64,000 nt of DNA from the human T2T-CHM13v2.0 reference genome, Homo sapiens: the NCBI RefSeq assembly GCF_009914755.1, contig NC_060933.1. One strand, 5' to 3'. The notes under the pieces are model-generated. The model was not told where the DNA came from, ran no database searches, and saw only the letters and a program-made list of their open reading frames with translations. A program made the position numbers and the translations under genes. Positions 24,571 to 40,142 of the stretch are shown piece after piece (the stretch's first letter is position 1; each line of letters starts with the position of its first letter).

Positions 24571-24813
24571 TTGATTGAATTGTTCTAAAAGACAGTTTCT
24601 CAAAAGTGGCCTGGAAAGTATGATTGAAGTTTTCAGAACTCTCCTTTTTGGACTGAAATTTCTTCCTCCTGTATCATGTCCATGTCCTGTATCTCTCTTA
24701 AAGACTTACATGAGTACACAATCTGGAATCACATGTGTTCTGTAAAATAGCCAACCCTGGGTAAATGTTGCAATGCTTAATTTAAAAATCTGGCCTATCT
24801 CGAAATGTATTAA

Positions 24814-25033
<220 letters not shown>

Positions 25034-26557
25034 AAATTTAGAAAATCAGTCAATATACATCCTGAATTATCTTATGGCAACAACCCACTGAAGTAAGAAA
25101 TAACGTCTTTTATGTGACTCATGTGCCCTTTTCATGGTTCACAGTCCTCACCAGCACTGTCTTATTCTTAATTGGAGGAGGCATCATTCATATCACAACT
25201 TGTGTTCTGGAAGTGCATTCTCATAGACTACAATGTGAATGGGGATCGTTGGATTTGTGTCATTTAAATATGTACACACACAGATGTCCTGGACATAATT
25301 ACATAACATATAACATGATGTAATTATGTCCAGAATTTGCTTTAAAGTAAAGGAAGAAGATAAGTGGGTATGGATAATGATGAAAGAAGGTTGACCATGT
25401 GTAATTATTTAAGCTGTGCAATTATACATTGACTTTCATTATTCTCATTCTTTTGTTAAATATTTGAAAATGAAAATTCTCAAAAAAATGTTTTAAAGAA
25501 AAAATATTCTTATATATATATAAACACAAATGTGTGTATGTATAAATGGAGATATATGTGTGTATGCGTATGTATTTAAATAGAGCTGCAAACATATTGG
25601 GGGAAACATATAATGGTATTTAGGGTAGTAATACGACCTTTCCAATGGTAAGTTAGCCAGGAACTTTAAAAGTTTATACCACCTGGCCTATTAATTTCAT
25701 GCCTTAGAATTTATCCTGTGAAAACATGTGTTGGACATTAAAAAAAAATTTGGCCCAAGTGCTCATAGTAGATCTAATAAATCAAAATAAAAACATGATG
25801 AATACATGATTCCTACTTACTAAGAGAAACATTAGAATGATATCTTTGGGAGGTGGCCAATTTTTCTTTTTTTAATTATTTTTTATTTTTTTTAGAATTT
25901 TAGAAAATATTGAATTTTAAAATTTTAGAAAATATTACCTTAATGGGGTGACTTTCAGTGAGACATCTGGCTCTAGTAATTATTAGCTGAGAGTAAAAGA
26001 GGGGATAAATAGCAACTTTTAGTCCTCACTATGGAGTCTTAGCTTCAATTCTGAAATTCTTGGACACTGTGAAGCCAGTATTATGTTAGGTGCTTCCTCC
26101 AACTTATTGAAACATTAAATGATATTGGGACCTGGATTTTTTTATTATTTTATTTCCTTATTACAAGTAAGGTAACTATGTCTTAGAAAGAAAGAATAAT
26201 CTATCCAATATCACCTAGGTAGTTTACGGAACTGCAGATTTTGTACTATTGCTCTCTATTTCCAAAGCTTATAGTATGATTGTTTTCCACTATGTTTCTA
26301 CACAGAAACACTCATTTCAGACATCACAAGGGATGAGATTCTAAGAGAATTAATTATGTTTGTGAAACGTGGATCAGGGCATGCTGGAGTTTGTAGCAAA
26401 CTATAGTTATCAGTGATTCTAGATGAGCAGGGCTAGTAAAGGCAAAGGATAAAAATCTGTCTCTCTAACCATGGTTTCTCCAAAAAAGGTTCAGGCTGAT
26501 TTACCTAAGAGTCCATCTTTGTGACTGTTAAACAAAGACCTACATGTCCTGGTTTCA

Positions 26558-27601
26558 TTAGTGAATTGGTTTTTTGTTCAGCAAATATTTTACAGCAGCT
26601 TTTACATCCTTATTTCTCAAGCTATAGAGTATAGGATTCAGCATGGGTGTCACTACCCCATAAAACAGAGAAATGAGCTTGTCTAATGCTTGCAATTTTT
26701 CTTCCCCAATCAGGTCTTGAGACTTCGGTTTCGCATACATAAAGAAGATGGTACCGTAAAATATGATCACCACAGTCAGGTGAGCTGAGCACGTGGAAAA
26801 TGCCTTGCGTCTTCCTGTGGCTGAATTCATTTGCAAGATGGTGTAGAGGATGAACATATAGGAGAAAAAAATGACCATCAGTGGAAGAACCAGGAAGGCC
26901 ATATTTGATATCACCATGGTGATAATATTGAGGGATATATCAGCACAGGCCAGCTTGAGGACAGCTAATATTTCACATGCGAAATGATTGATAATATTAT
27001 TCCCACAGAAAGGCAGTCTCATGGCAAGTAATGTTTGCACAGCTGAATTTATTCCACCGGACAGCCAGGACACAGAAGCCATCAATACATACGCCACCTT
27101 GCTCAGGATGATGGGGTATCTCAGTGGGTTGCAGATGGCCACATAACGATCAAATGCCATCATGCCAAGAAGCAGACATTCTGTTGACCCCATTGCAAAC
27201 CCAAAGAACATCTGCACTGCACATCCAGAGAAGGAAATGTTTCTTTTCTTTGAGATTAAGCTCACCAATGTTGAGGGAACAGAGGAGGATGTATAGCAGA
27301 TATCCAGGAAAGAGAGGTTGCCCAGGAAGAAGTACATTGGTGTGTGAAAATGAGAATCAAAGATGCTGGCTATGATTAGAACACCATTGCCAATTAGAAT
27401 CACTAGGTACATAACTAGAATGAGAGCAAAGTAAACAATCTCAATCTTTGGGTATCCAGAAAGACCCAGAAGAAGAAATTCTGACACAAGTGTCTGGTTA
27501 ATCTCACCCATGTCATCTGCTTTCAGGAAATCAAAAGAAGATCTAACATGAAATGTATTTACTGCCAAGAAACAAACAGTACAAATTAACTGAACAATCA
27601 T
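26558..27601 (-). CDS. OR13C3: Olfactory receptor 13C3, 347 aa from the upstream ATG or 317 aa from the canonical ATG at 27511 (MGEINQT)
   Basis: Open frame with [38 protein letters not shown] and [12 protein letters not shown]; close paralog of OR13C4. Which ATG is used cannot be read from sequence. Confidence 0.93.
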   Translation of the reverse strand: MIVQLICTVCFLAVNTFHVRSSFDFLKADDMGEINQTLVSEFLLLGLSGYPKIEIVYFALILVMYLVILIGNGVLIIASIFDSHFHTPMYFFLGNLSFLDICYTSSSVPSTLVSLISKKRNISFSGCAVQMFFGFAMGSTECLLLGMMAFDRYVAICNPLRYPIILSKVAYVLMASVSWLSGGINSAVQTLLAMRLPFCGNNIINHFACEILAVLKLACADISLNIITMVISNMAFLVLPLMVIFFSYMFILYTILQMNSATGRRKAFSTCSAHLTVVIIFYGTIFFMYAKPKSQDLIGEEKLQALDKLISLFYGVVTPMLNPILYSLRNKDVKAAVKYLLNKKPIH

Positions 27602-28534
27602 TCTTTTGACACATATTAGAAGGAGTGCTTGCTTGAAGTTCTGACATCCAGTTATCTTCAGTAATGTGTGTGACTAGAATACAATGAAATTGGGAATGAT
27701 GGAAGCACCTATACCGCATCGCCAATATGTGAAGATCTACCCACGATCAGACACACATGCAGACGGAACCTTTCCTGCTGTTGAGGACATGTTCCTGAGT
27801 TGAGGACACTCTCCCGAGCTGAGGTTTCTAAAACCCCTGGCCAATCAACAACTCTAAACTTAACATCTTCATTTCATCAACCCCAGCAAACAAGCAGTAA
27901 AGGGGGCAAAAGACTACTCAACAAAGACTGGAATTTTAATTCAGCAATTTATAAAGTGTTTAAAATTTCACAGCAACTTTGACATTTTTGTGTGTTTATA
28001 TTTTTTTCTAGGCCTGATACTAATACCTTATAGTTAGTTTAATTGTGTATTTTACAGACACTTAATAATAATACATTGAATCACATACCCTGAAATTTGA
28101 CAATTGTTTAAAGGCATAGTTAGTTGTTGATCTCATAGTATCTTGTTATGACTGTTCCTATGACAAGACCATTGCCCAGAACAGCTCCGCATGAATGTGA
28201 TAGTCTTTGGAGAACATTATATAGTGTCTTTACATATTTTACTCTGTAGCTTAAGAGTCTGTCTTGATAATTTACTCATTTAAATCAACCAATAAAAACA
28301 GTAATAATGTTTAAATATTTCATATAAATATGTATACATGTGTATGTATACCACTTTACCATTTACAAATTATAATATTCTTTATATTAACCCCATTTTT
28401 CAACTATAAAATATGGAACTTGGCCAAGATTAACTAGGTAGTAAATAATAAAATGTAATGTAAAGCTAATATTTTCGACACAAAGTCTAGTTCTTGGCTT
28501 CACTAATTTTCATATACACGTAAAGCATCTAGGA

Positions 28535-28780
28535 ATTTTTTTTTCTTTTTTGAGACAGAGTCTCACTCTGTCACCAGGCTGGAGTGCAGTGGCACGATCG
28601 GGGCTGACTGCAACCTCCACCTACAGGCGTGCACCACCATGCCCAGCTAACTTTTGTATTTTTAGTAGAGACGGGGTTTCACTATATTGGCCAGGATGGT
28701 CTCCATCTCTTGACATTGTGATCTGCCCACCTCAGCCTCCCAAAATGCTGGGATTATAGGCATGAGCCACCACACCCGGC
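28535..28780 (-). mobile_element. AluS (Sc-like) with a ~55-bp internal deletion, inserted in MER5A
   Basis: GCAACCTCCAC|CTACAGGCGTG junction skips part of the right arm; imperfect TSD CATCT(A/G)GGAA. Confidence 0.88.
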
Positions 28781-30039
28781 AAACATCTGGGAAACCTAAA
28801 AACCTTCAGATTCTCTTTTAGTGTTCAGGCCAGTCCTGAGATTCTGCATTTCTTGCAGGTGCCCAGGTGACGCTTATGCCACTGGTCCCAAAATCACTTG
28901 AGTAGCAAGGCTTAGTCTATACTAAGTTGGCCAATTATCTAGATGTTTCTAATTCAAGCCAGTTTTTTTTTGCCTTATTGTGTAGATTGGCAATAAGAAC
29001 CTTGAAAATGTCAAGAGCATAATTCTTTGATGTTTTACGGAAACTCCAGATTGACACCATTTTTTAAAATACCCTTTAAAAATATTATTGAAACACATAT
29101 TTTTAAAAAGCAGCATTTTTAAAGTGCCTGTCATTACAAAGTTCACAATTTAGGTAGGGATATAAGAAAAGAACATATCAAAATAATTTACAGTCACTTT
29201 CTATAGCTTACATGAAAATTACAGTTTTTCCCAGAAGGAAGAATTTTATGAGAAATAAATTAGGCCAAGGAGAACTCCGGAGTTTCAGTGTTCAGCTGAA
29301 CCTGGGAGTATGGAAAAGAATTAGACAGGGTTAAAAGAGAAAAGGGATATCTCAAAAGTGAGAAGTTGGACCAAAGTTAGGAGTAAGCCGACTGGCAGCA
29401 CAAGGGAGTTTCTGTGAAAGAGTGGTGGGAAACACATCTGAGAAAGAAAGCCTGACAGGTGCATATAGAAAGGCTCTAAAATCAGGCAGAAAAAGTGTCA
29501 TTTCTTTTGGTGGAAAAGAGGTCTATCATTAGAAAGCACAGAGCATGGGGTAAGCACCTCGCCCATTAGACTTTAGCAGTTCTCTAAATTTGACCTCATA
29601 GAATATGGTGTTACAAGATTTTTTAGTAGAAATGTAACTCAGGGAATTAAAGCATTTAGATTAGTGGGGTTGTCACTAATTACAGAATAGGCATGATAAT
29701 TGATCTTTCTATAATCACTACTAGATTTAATTTTGGTCAAAATCACAAATGTAGGTTTTGCATGGGCTAATAGCTTTGAGAATGTTAGCACATCCACTCT
29801 TCCCCACACTGTGACTGTTGGTCACATGATAGTCACTGGGAAGTTTTGTGTAGAGCAGATATTACTAGGAGTCAGAAATCCAACTCAACAGAATCTTTAC
29901 TATAGGAAAAATTTAGTTAAGGATACACAATAGAAATATTTAAACTTTGAAGAGAAAGGCAAGGAAGAGAATATACAATCTCAATCTTAAAGACAAAAAA
30001 AAATGAGCCCACAATAGATTGTTAATTTTTATTATTCAG

Positions 30040-30258
30040 CTTTAAGAAGAGAGAGAAGGAGGGAAACGAAGCAGGGAGGAAAGAAAGAAGGGAAGATGGG
30101 AGGAAGGGTAAAAGGGAAGGGAGGGCAAAAGGAGGAAAGGAAGAGAGTAAAGGAAGGAGGGAAGGAGGGAGGGAAAGGGGAGGGAAGGGAAGGGAAGGAA
30201 GGGAAGAAGGGAAGGAAGGGAAGGAAGGGAATGAAGGGAAGGAAGGAAAAGAAGGAAA
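30040..30258 (+). repeat. Polypurine GGAA/GGGA-rich simple repeat
   Basis: ~220 nt almost entirely A/G. Confidence 0.9.
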
Positions 30259-31376
30259 ATCTCTGCATTTCATTTATTTAGACAACTTTTATTGTAGCTT
30301 CCTATGTGCCAAATTTTGTGCCAAGGTCACATGTCTAATAACAAGCAGAGGTCCAAAGTCCACTCTCTTCATATTACTATCCTGCCTGACAAGTGGCATT
30401 AAAATCTATATAGAAATCAAATGTCAAAAGCAGTGGATAGTTAGTGAGAACCACAGAAAAATTGAGGTCACAAAAACAAATTGAATGTACTCATTCAACA
30501 GTGCCCAGAGAAAGGAGCAATTATTTATACTACTTCTGACTCCTCAAATGGGGTACAGAAATGGCCATAGGAAACACTGGCTAAGGGACATGCGCACTCT
30601 GATTAGCCCTGTCACAAATGCAAAAGGAAGTGAACGGCAAAACAATTCAAATCCACTGTCTTCTGCTCCTGACGCTTTAAATTGGTTATCTTGTATATTG
30701 TGAGATAAGAGACTTAGGGAAAGAGCTTGTCTGTTTTGCTCATCCTTCCACACCTAAGTCTAACTCAGGGGCTGCACATAATACATGGGTTTGAAATAGG
30801 TGAAAGGTTACTTTCTGGACTCAAGCAATTTCCCTGTGCAGTATTTGTGGATTAATGAACAGGACAACATTGGTATGCCACATTTATTCTTTCGCAGCAG
30901 GCTTTAATTTTAAAATATATACCTTTCATTCAGTACGGATAAGCTGCTATCTTATACAAATAATGAGCAGTTTGTGTACTGTAAGTATAGAGGAATCACC
31001 TAACACTTATTTGAATATATATGACATCGGCTTAACATAGCGAAAAAGTGCCTAACACTAGAATCAAAGTCTTCGGTTTGAAGTTCTTTGCCTGCAATTT
31101 ACAGCCTCAGTTTTCTTATTTGTAAAACAGTGATTAACATACCTGCATTACTCTACTTGTAGAATATTCTAAAAATATATATAGTGTACGAAAATTGCTT
31201 TAAAGATTAATTAACATAATACAACTAATAATTAAATGATACTAATAATTCACAGCTGTATTTTTGTGATAATAAATTGGTACCTATATTGCTTCAAATT
31301 ATTCAAATTAAAATGCATGCTGAATAGCACCTTTACTTATAGATTGAGTTTAATTATAAGTTTCATGTGATTCAGG

Positions 31377-31830
31377 ACTTACTTTACAGTGATAAATTAT
31401 GTCCACCTCCTAGAAGAACCAAGTACTTTTTCTTAGTATTTATGTCAGCATTCTGAATTAAGGTCAGGCTCAACAAGACAGGCCAGATTCTACAGATGTA
31501 GAAGAGTAACTATTTGTTATGCAACAGTTATTGTAATTGTTCCCCAATTCCCAAAGCAATTTAAAGTTGGAGTGAGAGGTCTGTGGAAAGGAGAAACTTC
31601 TGGTGCGTTAGGGACAGTGTCCCACAGACCCAATTAAGAGGGGTGCTGGGAATAGACCGTGGGTGAACTAAAGCTCACAAATGGAGTAACACTCTCCTGC
31701 CCACATAACTTTTAGAAATAGCAGCAGATGTTCACCAAACTTTATGAAATGTTAGAGCTCCCTAGTTTAAAATATATCTACCAAAGCAAAGTTCGTTCAA
31801 AGTAAGAGATTAATAATTCAAATCATGATT
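31377..31830 (-). promoter_or_regulatory. Putative OR13C3 promoter and non-coding exon 1 (donor GTAAGT at 31382-31377)
   Basis: Paralog of 21903-22340 with a 60-nt exact match (31590-31649). TAATTG at 31636-31631, TTTAAATTGC at 31565-31556. Confidence 0.75.
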
Positions 31831-32914
31831 ACTAAAATGTAATGCTAGAAGTGAAAAATGATGTAGATATTATGAATGAAATAAAATGGATATTAGCTAT
31901 GCATTAAGCACATTATGATTCAACTTTTTTGCTTACTTTAACTTAATTCTTTTTGATAAGTTAAATTCATACAGGATGTCTTCATTGAATTTTTTTGAAA
32001 TGAAAAGTAATACAGATAAGCAATAAGTAAATCCACAGGACAAAAGCAAATTCATAAGTTTTAAACCACAAAAGTAAAAAGTCTGAAATGAATAGTTTGG
32101 AGTATGAATTCAGATAGGCATATTATTGAATTAACATGCTTTAGCAAAGCCTATTAAGCTACATTGTAGATATTAACACTGAGGTTCACTGTAAAATATT
32201 TGGGTTCTGAAAAATAACAGTTGGCTTAATAAAGCAGGGGAATAATTTATTCATGCACATACACACACACCCCACAAAACATCATACAGGTGCATTAAAA
32301 TACAAACGGAAACATGTCAGGGATGTATATTTAAAATCATAAAATCTTAGAGCTGAAAACTTCTGCGGAAGTCATATAGTAAGATTTACCTTTTTATAGA
32401 TTAGTAATCTGAGGTATGAAGTAATTAAATAATGTTTCAAAGTCACACAGTAGTATTTAAATAAGTCACAATTACAAGTCTAATAGTCAAGATAATAAGC
32501 ACAGGAACTCTCTGTACTATGTTTGCAACTTGTCTATAAATCTAAAATTATTCCAAAATAACATTTAAATAAATAGAAATTAAAATATATCCAGGATTCT
32601 TATGTTTTTTCATTGCAGTATCACAGAAGTTTTCAGACCAAAAATACCATAGAAGTCAGCTAAGATTCCACTTTCTATAAGTGAGTAAACTGAGATATAG
32701 TGATGAAATATGTTCAAAGTCACAAAATCACTGTTAATATTTCAATTGGTAACAACTACAAAGTCTAATATTCTAGGTGACAAATTTCCAAAATAAAGAA
32801 ATAATAAATGTTGGAGATAATTAATATGTTAAATACCCTGATCTGGTCACTACACATTCTATGTAGTGAAACATCATTATTACCCTACGAATATGTACAA
32901 TTATTATCTGTCAA

Positions 32915-33212
<298 letters not shown>

Positions 33213-33289
33213 AAAAAATAAATAAATAAATAAATAATTTTTTAAAAAGAAGAAAAGAAACTACATTGCCATGATACTCTGCTATTTTA

Positions 33290-33630
<341 letters not shown>

Positions 33631-35255
33631 AGAGAGATTGACAATCACAAAAAGATACCCTTCAAAGATACCCTTCAAAAAAATTTACTTTCTTGTCTAA
33701 TAATTATCAAAATTTGAAATATATTCATAGTGTTTTCATAGATTATATATTACTAATAATTAAAACAATCCTTTAGCAGGAATTTTCTAACACTTGGTCA
33801 TGGTAAATATATTTTTCTTTAAGTTAATTTATCTCAATTTTTTGTTGTCAAGAAATGATGATCAATAAAAGACTTTAAAGATTTTAAAAAGTATTTTAAA
33901 ACTTTTTTTGTATTTAAAAACCTGTGTTTATTTATTATATTTTAAATTTTGAGAAGTTTTTTCTAGTGTCCTACTTTTTAAATTAGTTTTGTCAAAAAAT
34001 ATGTACTGGAAAATAATATGTGCCAGCTGTTTTTTAAGTACTGGAGATCCAGTGTCTGATTTAGCATTTTGTAAAGAACTGAAGGCTAGAAAAAGAGTTG
34101 TATTAAGTACACATGACATATAATGGCCACATTATCTATATGAGAAAAAACTAATACTTCTTACAAAACCATTAAAGTAACAACATTTTTTTCCAATAAA
34201 TATATTTAAAATAAAATGTTAGAAAATTCCATTACTTTAATGGGGAATATATTTACATCAACATTTTAGAGTAAAAATTGACCTGTGAAATATAAACTTA
34301 AACATCTCTATCAATAAAATAATAAAAATAAAATAAAAGTGAGTTGTATATTTTTTCTTTTTCCTCCCCAGAGAATAGAGTGCTTTCTTTGTACAAATAT
34401 CAACGCTATTTTATTGATTTATATTTTGACAAATTTATATGAGCCCCAAGAAATAATTTTAGTGAAACATTACTTTTATCTTCATTTCTTATGCTTCACT
34501 TCTTAATAGTAATACCTAGCAGCATCTTGAAGTTCATAAAATATGTTCATATCCATTATGGCATGTAAGAAACATTTTTGAGTATCTGTTATCTTCAAGA
34601 GAATGAAATTGCTACAGTCCCTCTCAAGGAAATCTGAACATAGTAAGATAAACATATCTATAAAGTAGTGAATATAATATAATTTGATGACTAGTAGAAA
34701 ATGATGTATAAGTACAATGTTACTATGTTTCTACAGTAATTTCCTCTCCCCTACTTTAATGTGCCTAGTAATTCTAAAAGGTCACAAAAAAGTTAATTAG
34801 AATGTAATGCTTTATAAGCCACATCAATAAACAGCTTAAGAGCAAAACTGCATATACTTATACCAGAGTATGGTAGCTGAAGACCCACAATATTGCTATC
34901 TATATCTCTTCAGTTCATCTCCTGATTAATTCCCTAAGACATTACTAGCTTAATTTTCTCCAGAATGTTCCACTATCTCAGTTCAGACACTGGAATGATT
35001 TTGGTGTTCTCATCTTAATTTGAGTCTTTTTCTGCCTTATTTCTTAGTCAGAGATAGATTAATTGGAGGGGAGGTTAAAAGGTATCTGACTGATGTTTTA
35101 ATTTGAAGTAAATAATCTAGGCAATGTGTTTCTCTGATGGTACCTATTAAATTGAGTATTAATAAGGAGCTAAATTATTCCTTTCACATCTTGATCACCA
35201 ACTCAAACACTAGTAGTAGTGGTGAATTATTTTTAAAAAGAGGAAGATACAGCAT

Positions 35256-35553
<298 letters not shown>

Positions 35554-37462
35554 TTAAAAGAGGAAGATATAGAACAAAACATGTGGTGGGTGGGGGGTAA
35601 GGTGGAGAGTAGAGAATACAAAAAGAAAGTAAAAGTGGTACTCAAAAATCATTTATGTGGTTTCAAAGACAAAGCTGTACTACTACGTGGAAGTTCACCA
35701 AACCAATTTGTTGTTATTTCTACTCTCCATCGGTAAAATAATTGATCAAGCATGGCAAAAAAATTTGAACTTCCAGCCTAGTTCAATTTATTGTATAGAA
35801 AACTAATGAAAATATGCAGTTGCTTATATTATATTACCTTAGTTGTAGAGTAGCTACTGGAGCCTGGTAAAGAAATCCAACTTTGACTGTATAAAGATGA
35901 GCTAAATGAGTGTGCTAGCTGTATGTTTATCTCTGTGATCACCTGGAAATTGAGGACCGGCACTTGGTCAAGAGAAGGATGAAATGTCCTGGCTTGTCAT
36001 TAATAATGTGCTATTTGAAGTCCAAAACTCCCCTAGAGGCATTCTTTACTAATTTGTTTACAATAATGCTTTGTATGTGGCTTAATTTTTTACATGCCAG
36101 ATTTTAGCTGGGGGCCAGTGGGGTATAAAAGACCTCTAATCAAACTTGAGCCTTGGTTCTACTGAGACCAAAATATGTTGATATATATCTCGGTGTTTCA
36201 AAATTGAAAGATAAAGTATGGCTTCATAAAATAAGTTTTCTCTTCAATTTTTTGGAAATTTTCAAAAATGATTGGCATTAATTTGTCTTTAAATATTTGA
36301 TAGAATGGACCAGGGAAGCCATCAAGACATAGGTTTTCTTTCGGGTGAGGTTTTTTATTACTGATTCATTCTCCTTACTTGGTATTGGTCTATTCTGATT
36401 TTTTATTTCTTCATAATTGTCTTAGTAGGTTGTATGTTTCCAGAAACTTATCCATTTCTTTTAGGTTATTCAATTTGTGGTATATAATTGTTCACAGTAG
36501 TTTCGTATAATCCTTTGTATTTCTGTGGTATCAGTTGTACTTTCTTCTTTTTAATTTGTAACTTTATTTATTCTCTCTCTTTTTTTAGTCTAGTGAAAGG
36601 TCAATTTCTAGTTTTATTAATCTGTTCTGTCATTTTATAATTTCTATGTCATATGGTTCTGCTCTGATTTTTATTATTACAAGAAAAGAAAACTACAAAC
36701 CAATATCACTGATGAACACAGATACAAAAGTCCTCAATAAAATACTATCAAACTAAGTTCAACAATACATTAAAAGAATCATACACCATGACCAAGTGGA
36801 TTTATCCTTGGGATGCAAGTATGGTTCAACATATGCAAATCAATAAATAGGATGCATCATATTAACCGGATAAGCAATAAAAATCATAAGAAGCATCTCA
36901 ACAAATACAAAAAGGCATTTAACAAAATTCAATATATTTTATGATTAAAAAATAACTCAACAAATTAGGTGTAGAAACAATGTACTGCAACATAATAAAG
37001 ACAATATATGACAAGCCTCTAGCTAATATTATACTCAATGGTATAAAGCTGAAAGCTTTTTCTCTAAAATGAAGAACAAGACAAGTATGCTTACTCTCAT
37101 CACTTCTATTTAATATCATCCTGGAGGTCTTAGCCAGGGGATTTAGGCAAAAAAAGAGAGAGAGAAACAAAAGGCATAGGCATCCAAATGAGAAAGAAAA
37201 AACTAAAATAATCTTTGCTTGCAGATGACATATTCTTATACATAGAAAACCCTGAAGGCTCTACCAAATTATTGTTAGGACTAATAAATGAATTTGGTAA
37301 AGTGGCAAGATACAAAATAACATGTAAAATTTATTTGTGTTGTTATACACTAATAATAAACGATGAGAAAAAGAAATTAAGAAAACAATCCCATTTACAA
37401 TAACATAAAAAATACCAGGATAAATTTAGCCAAGGAGGTGAAAGATCTATACACTGAAACTA

Positions 37463-37539
37463 CTGGTGCACAAGTAATTGCGGTTGTTGCCATTAAAAGT
37501 AATAGCAAAATGCACAATTACTTTTGCAACAACCTAATA
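37463..37539. mobile_element. MADE1 mariner-derived MITE; a second partial copy at ~45035-45065
   Basis: TGGTGCACAAGTAATTGCGG...CAATTACTTTTGCAACAACCTAATA, near-palindromic ~80 bp. Confidence 0.85.
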
Positions 37540-38214
37540 TAACACATTGAGGAAATATTTTTGGAGAAGACACAAATAAATGGAAAGATTCAAAGAAGTT
37601 CAAAGAAATAAAATAAAATTCTCATGGAATCACAAATGGTCTCAAAAATAGCCAAAGCAATCTACAGCAAGAAGAACAAAACAGGGTATATTACACCATC
37701 TGATTTCAAAATATGCTACAAAGCAATAGTGATCAAAAGAGCATGGTACTGGCATCAAAAAAAAACTGAAATATATATCAATGGAATACATTAGAGAGCC
37801 CAGAAATAAATCTATGCATTTATAGTCAATTGATCTTTCACAAGGGTGCCAAGAACACACAATAGAGAAAGGACAATCTCTTAAATGAATGGTGCTGGGA
37901 AGGCTTGATAGCTACAAGCAGAAGAATAAAATTGGCGCCTTATCTCAAACAATATACAAAAATTAATTCTAAATGAATTACAGATTTAAATGTAAGACCT
38001 GACACTATAAAACTACTAGAAGAAAACATAAGGGAAAAGCTTCTTGACATTGGTCTGGGCAACGATTTTTTTAATGAACCCAAAAGCACATGGAACAAAA
38101 GCAGAAACAGACAAATGGGACTGCAGCAAACTTAAAAGCTCCTTATAGAGAAGGAAACAATCAACAGAGTGAAGAGACAATTTATGGAATGGGAGAAACT
38201 ATTCACAAACCATA

Positions 38215-38629
38215 TGTCTTAATTCATTTTCTGTCACTTAGAATACCTGAAACTGATACATTTTTAAAGAAAAGAAATGTATGTTTCATAGTTATGGAGA
38301 CTGAGAAGTCCAGCAACAATGTGCCACAACCAGTGAGGACCTTCTTACTAGTGGGGACACTGCAGAGTCCCAAGGTGGTATAGGGCATTACATGGTGAGG
38401 GGACTGAGCATCCTAGCTCTGTTCTCTCTTCCTCTTCTTATAAAGCTACCAGTGTCATCCCATGATAGCCCATTAATTCGTTAACCCATTAATCTATTAA
38501 TTCATTAATCCATGAATGGATTACTTTAATGCCCAAGCATCTCTTAAAGGCCCCATTTCTCATTACTGCCACATTGAAGATTAAGTTTCAACATAACTTA
38601 CAGAGGGAACAAACATTCAAACCAAAGCA
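38215..38629 (-). mobile_element. MaLR solo LTR (MSTC/MLT1A-like)
   Basis: TG...CA ends; 5-bp TSD CCATA at 38210-38214 and 38630-38634. Confidence 0.85.
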
Positions 38630-39644
38630 CCATACATCTGATAAGGAGTTGATATTTTCAATACATTAGGAACTCAAACAACCCCAAAACAAATAATAAT
38701 AATAACCCTCACTTTAAAAATTTGCAAAGGACCAGAATACATACTTCTAAAATAAGTCATACAAATGGCTAACAGGTACATAAGAAATGCTCAACATCAC
38801 TAATCATCAGAATAATAGAAATTAAAACAACAATAAAATATCACCTCACACCTGTTGTAATGTCTATTATCAAAAAGACAAAAGATAAGCATTGGTGAGA
38901 ATGTGGAGAAAAAGAAGCTCTTGTATACTGTTGGTGAGAATGTAGATTGGTACACCCATTATGGTATGAAGCTTTCTCAAAAATTGAAAATAGAACTACT
39001 ATATGATCCAGCAATCCCACTTCTGAGTAATAGCCAAAGGAAATGAAATCAGTATCTCAAAGAGCTATCAGCATTCTCATGTTCACTGCAGCATTGTTTA
39101 CAATAGCCAAGATATAAAATCAACATAAGTTTTCACTAAAAGGTGAATGTATAAAGAGCATGTGATATTGATATACATACACATAAAATGAAATTTTATT
39201 AAGCTTTATAAAAAAGAAAATATTTTCATTTGCAACAACATGGATAATTCTGGAGAACATTATGCTAAGTGAAATAAGCCAGGTGAAAAAAGACAAATAC
39301 TGCATGATCTCACTTATATATATAACATCCTAAAAAGCTGAACTCACAGAAACAGAGAGTAAAATGGTGGTGACCAGGGGCTGATGGGAGGGGAAAATGA
39401 GAAGTTTGTCAATGTGTAAAAAGTTTCAATTATGCAGGATGAATAAGTTCCAGAGATCTAATCTATATCATAGCAACTATGGTTTGTAATGCTGTATTGT
39501 ATGCTTAAAATTTGCTGAGATTTGGTCTTAAATGTTCTCAACACACAAAAAAGGATAACTTTGTGAGGTTATAAATATGTTAATTATCTTGATTGTTTCA
39601 ATCATTTGATTATCTATATATATGTAGATCAAAAAGTTGCATTG

Positions 39645-40052
39645 TGATATGGTTTGGCTCTGTGTCCCCACTCAAATCTCATCTCAAATTTAATTCCCAC
39701 ATGTCAGATTAGGGGACTAGTGGGAGGTGATTGGATTATGGGGGCCGACATCCCCCTTGTTGTTCTCATGATAGTGAGTTCTCATGAGATCTAATGATGT
39801 AAAACTGTGTGGCACTACCCCTCTCTCTCTCTCTTTCTCTCACTCTCTCTCTCTTTCTCTCTCTTCTGCCAACACGTAAGACATGCCTTGTTTCCCCTTC
39901 ACCTTCTGCCATGATTGTAAGTTTCCGGAGGCCTCCCCAGCCATGTGAAACTGTGAGTTAATTCCATAACTCACAGTTTAATTAACTCTTTTCTTTATAA
40001 ATTATTCAGTTTCAGGTAGTTCTTTACAGCAGTGTGAAAACAGGCTAATACA
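39645..40052 (+). mobile_element. MaLR solo LTR (MSTA/B-like)
   Basis: TGATATGGTTTGGCTCTGTGTCCCC...CTAATACA. Confidence 0.88.
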
Positions 40053-40142
40053 CACCGTATACATTTAACATATATAATTTTTACCTGTCAATTACACCTC
40101 AATAAAGCTGTGCAAATGCAATAAAAATGAGCAGATAGATGG

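Larger units (their letters stand above)
36217..40125 (+). mobile_element. 5'-inverted L1MA-type element (minus 36217-36678, plus 36679-40125) with nested MADE1 and two MaLR LTRs
   Basis: ORF2 translation LADDIFLYIENPEGSTKLLLGLINEFGKVARYKI; L1MA-type 3'UTR; strand switch at ~36678. Confidence 0.85.

Noticed and set aside
30022-30281. Low-complexity ORFs (FPS repeats, GKE-rich)
   Set aside because: Translations of the polypurine repeat.
36110-36140. GGGGTATAAAAG TATA-like box
   Set aside because: Isolated motif with no associated gene or OR promoter motifs; may lie in decayed ERV sequence.
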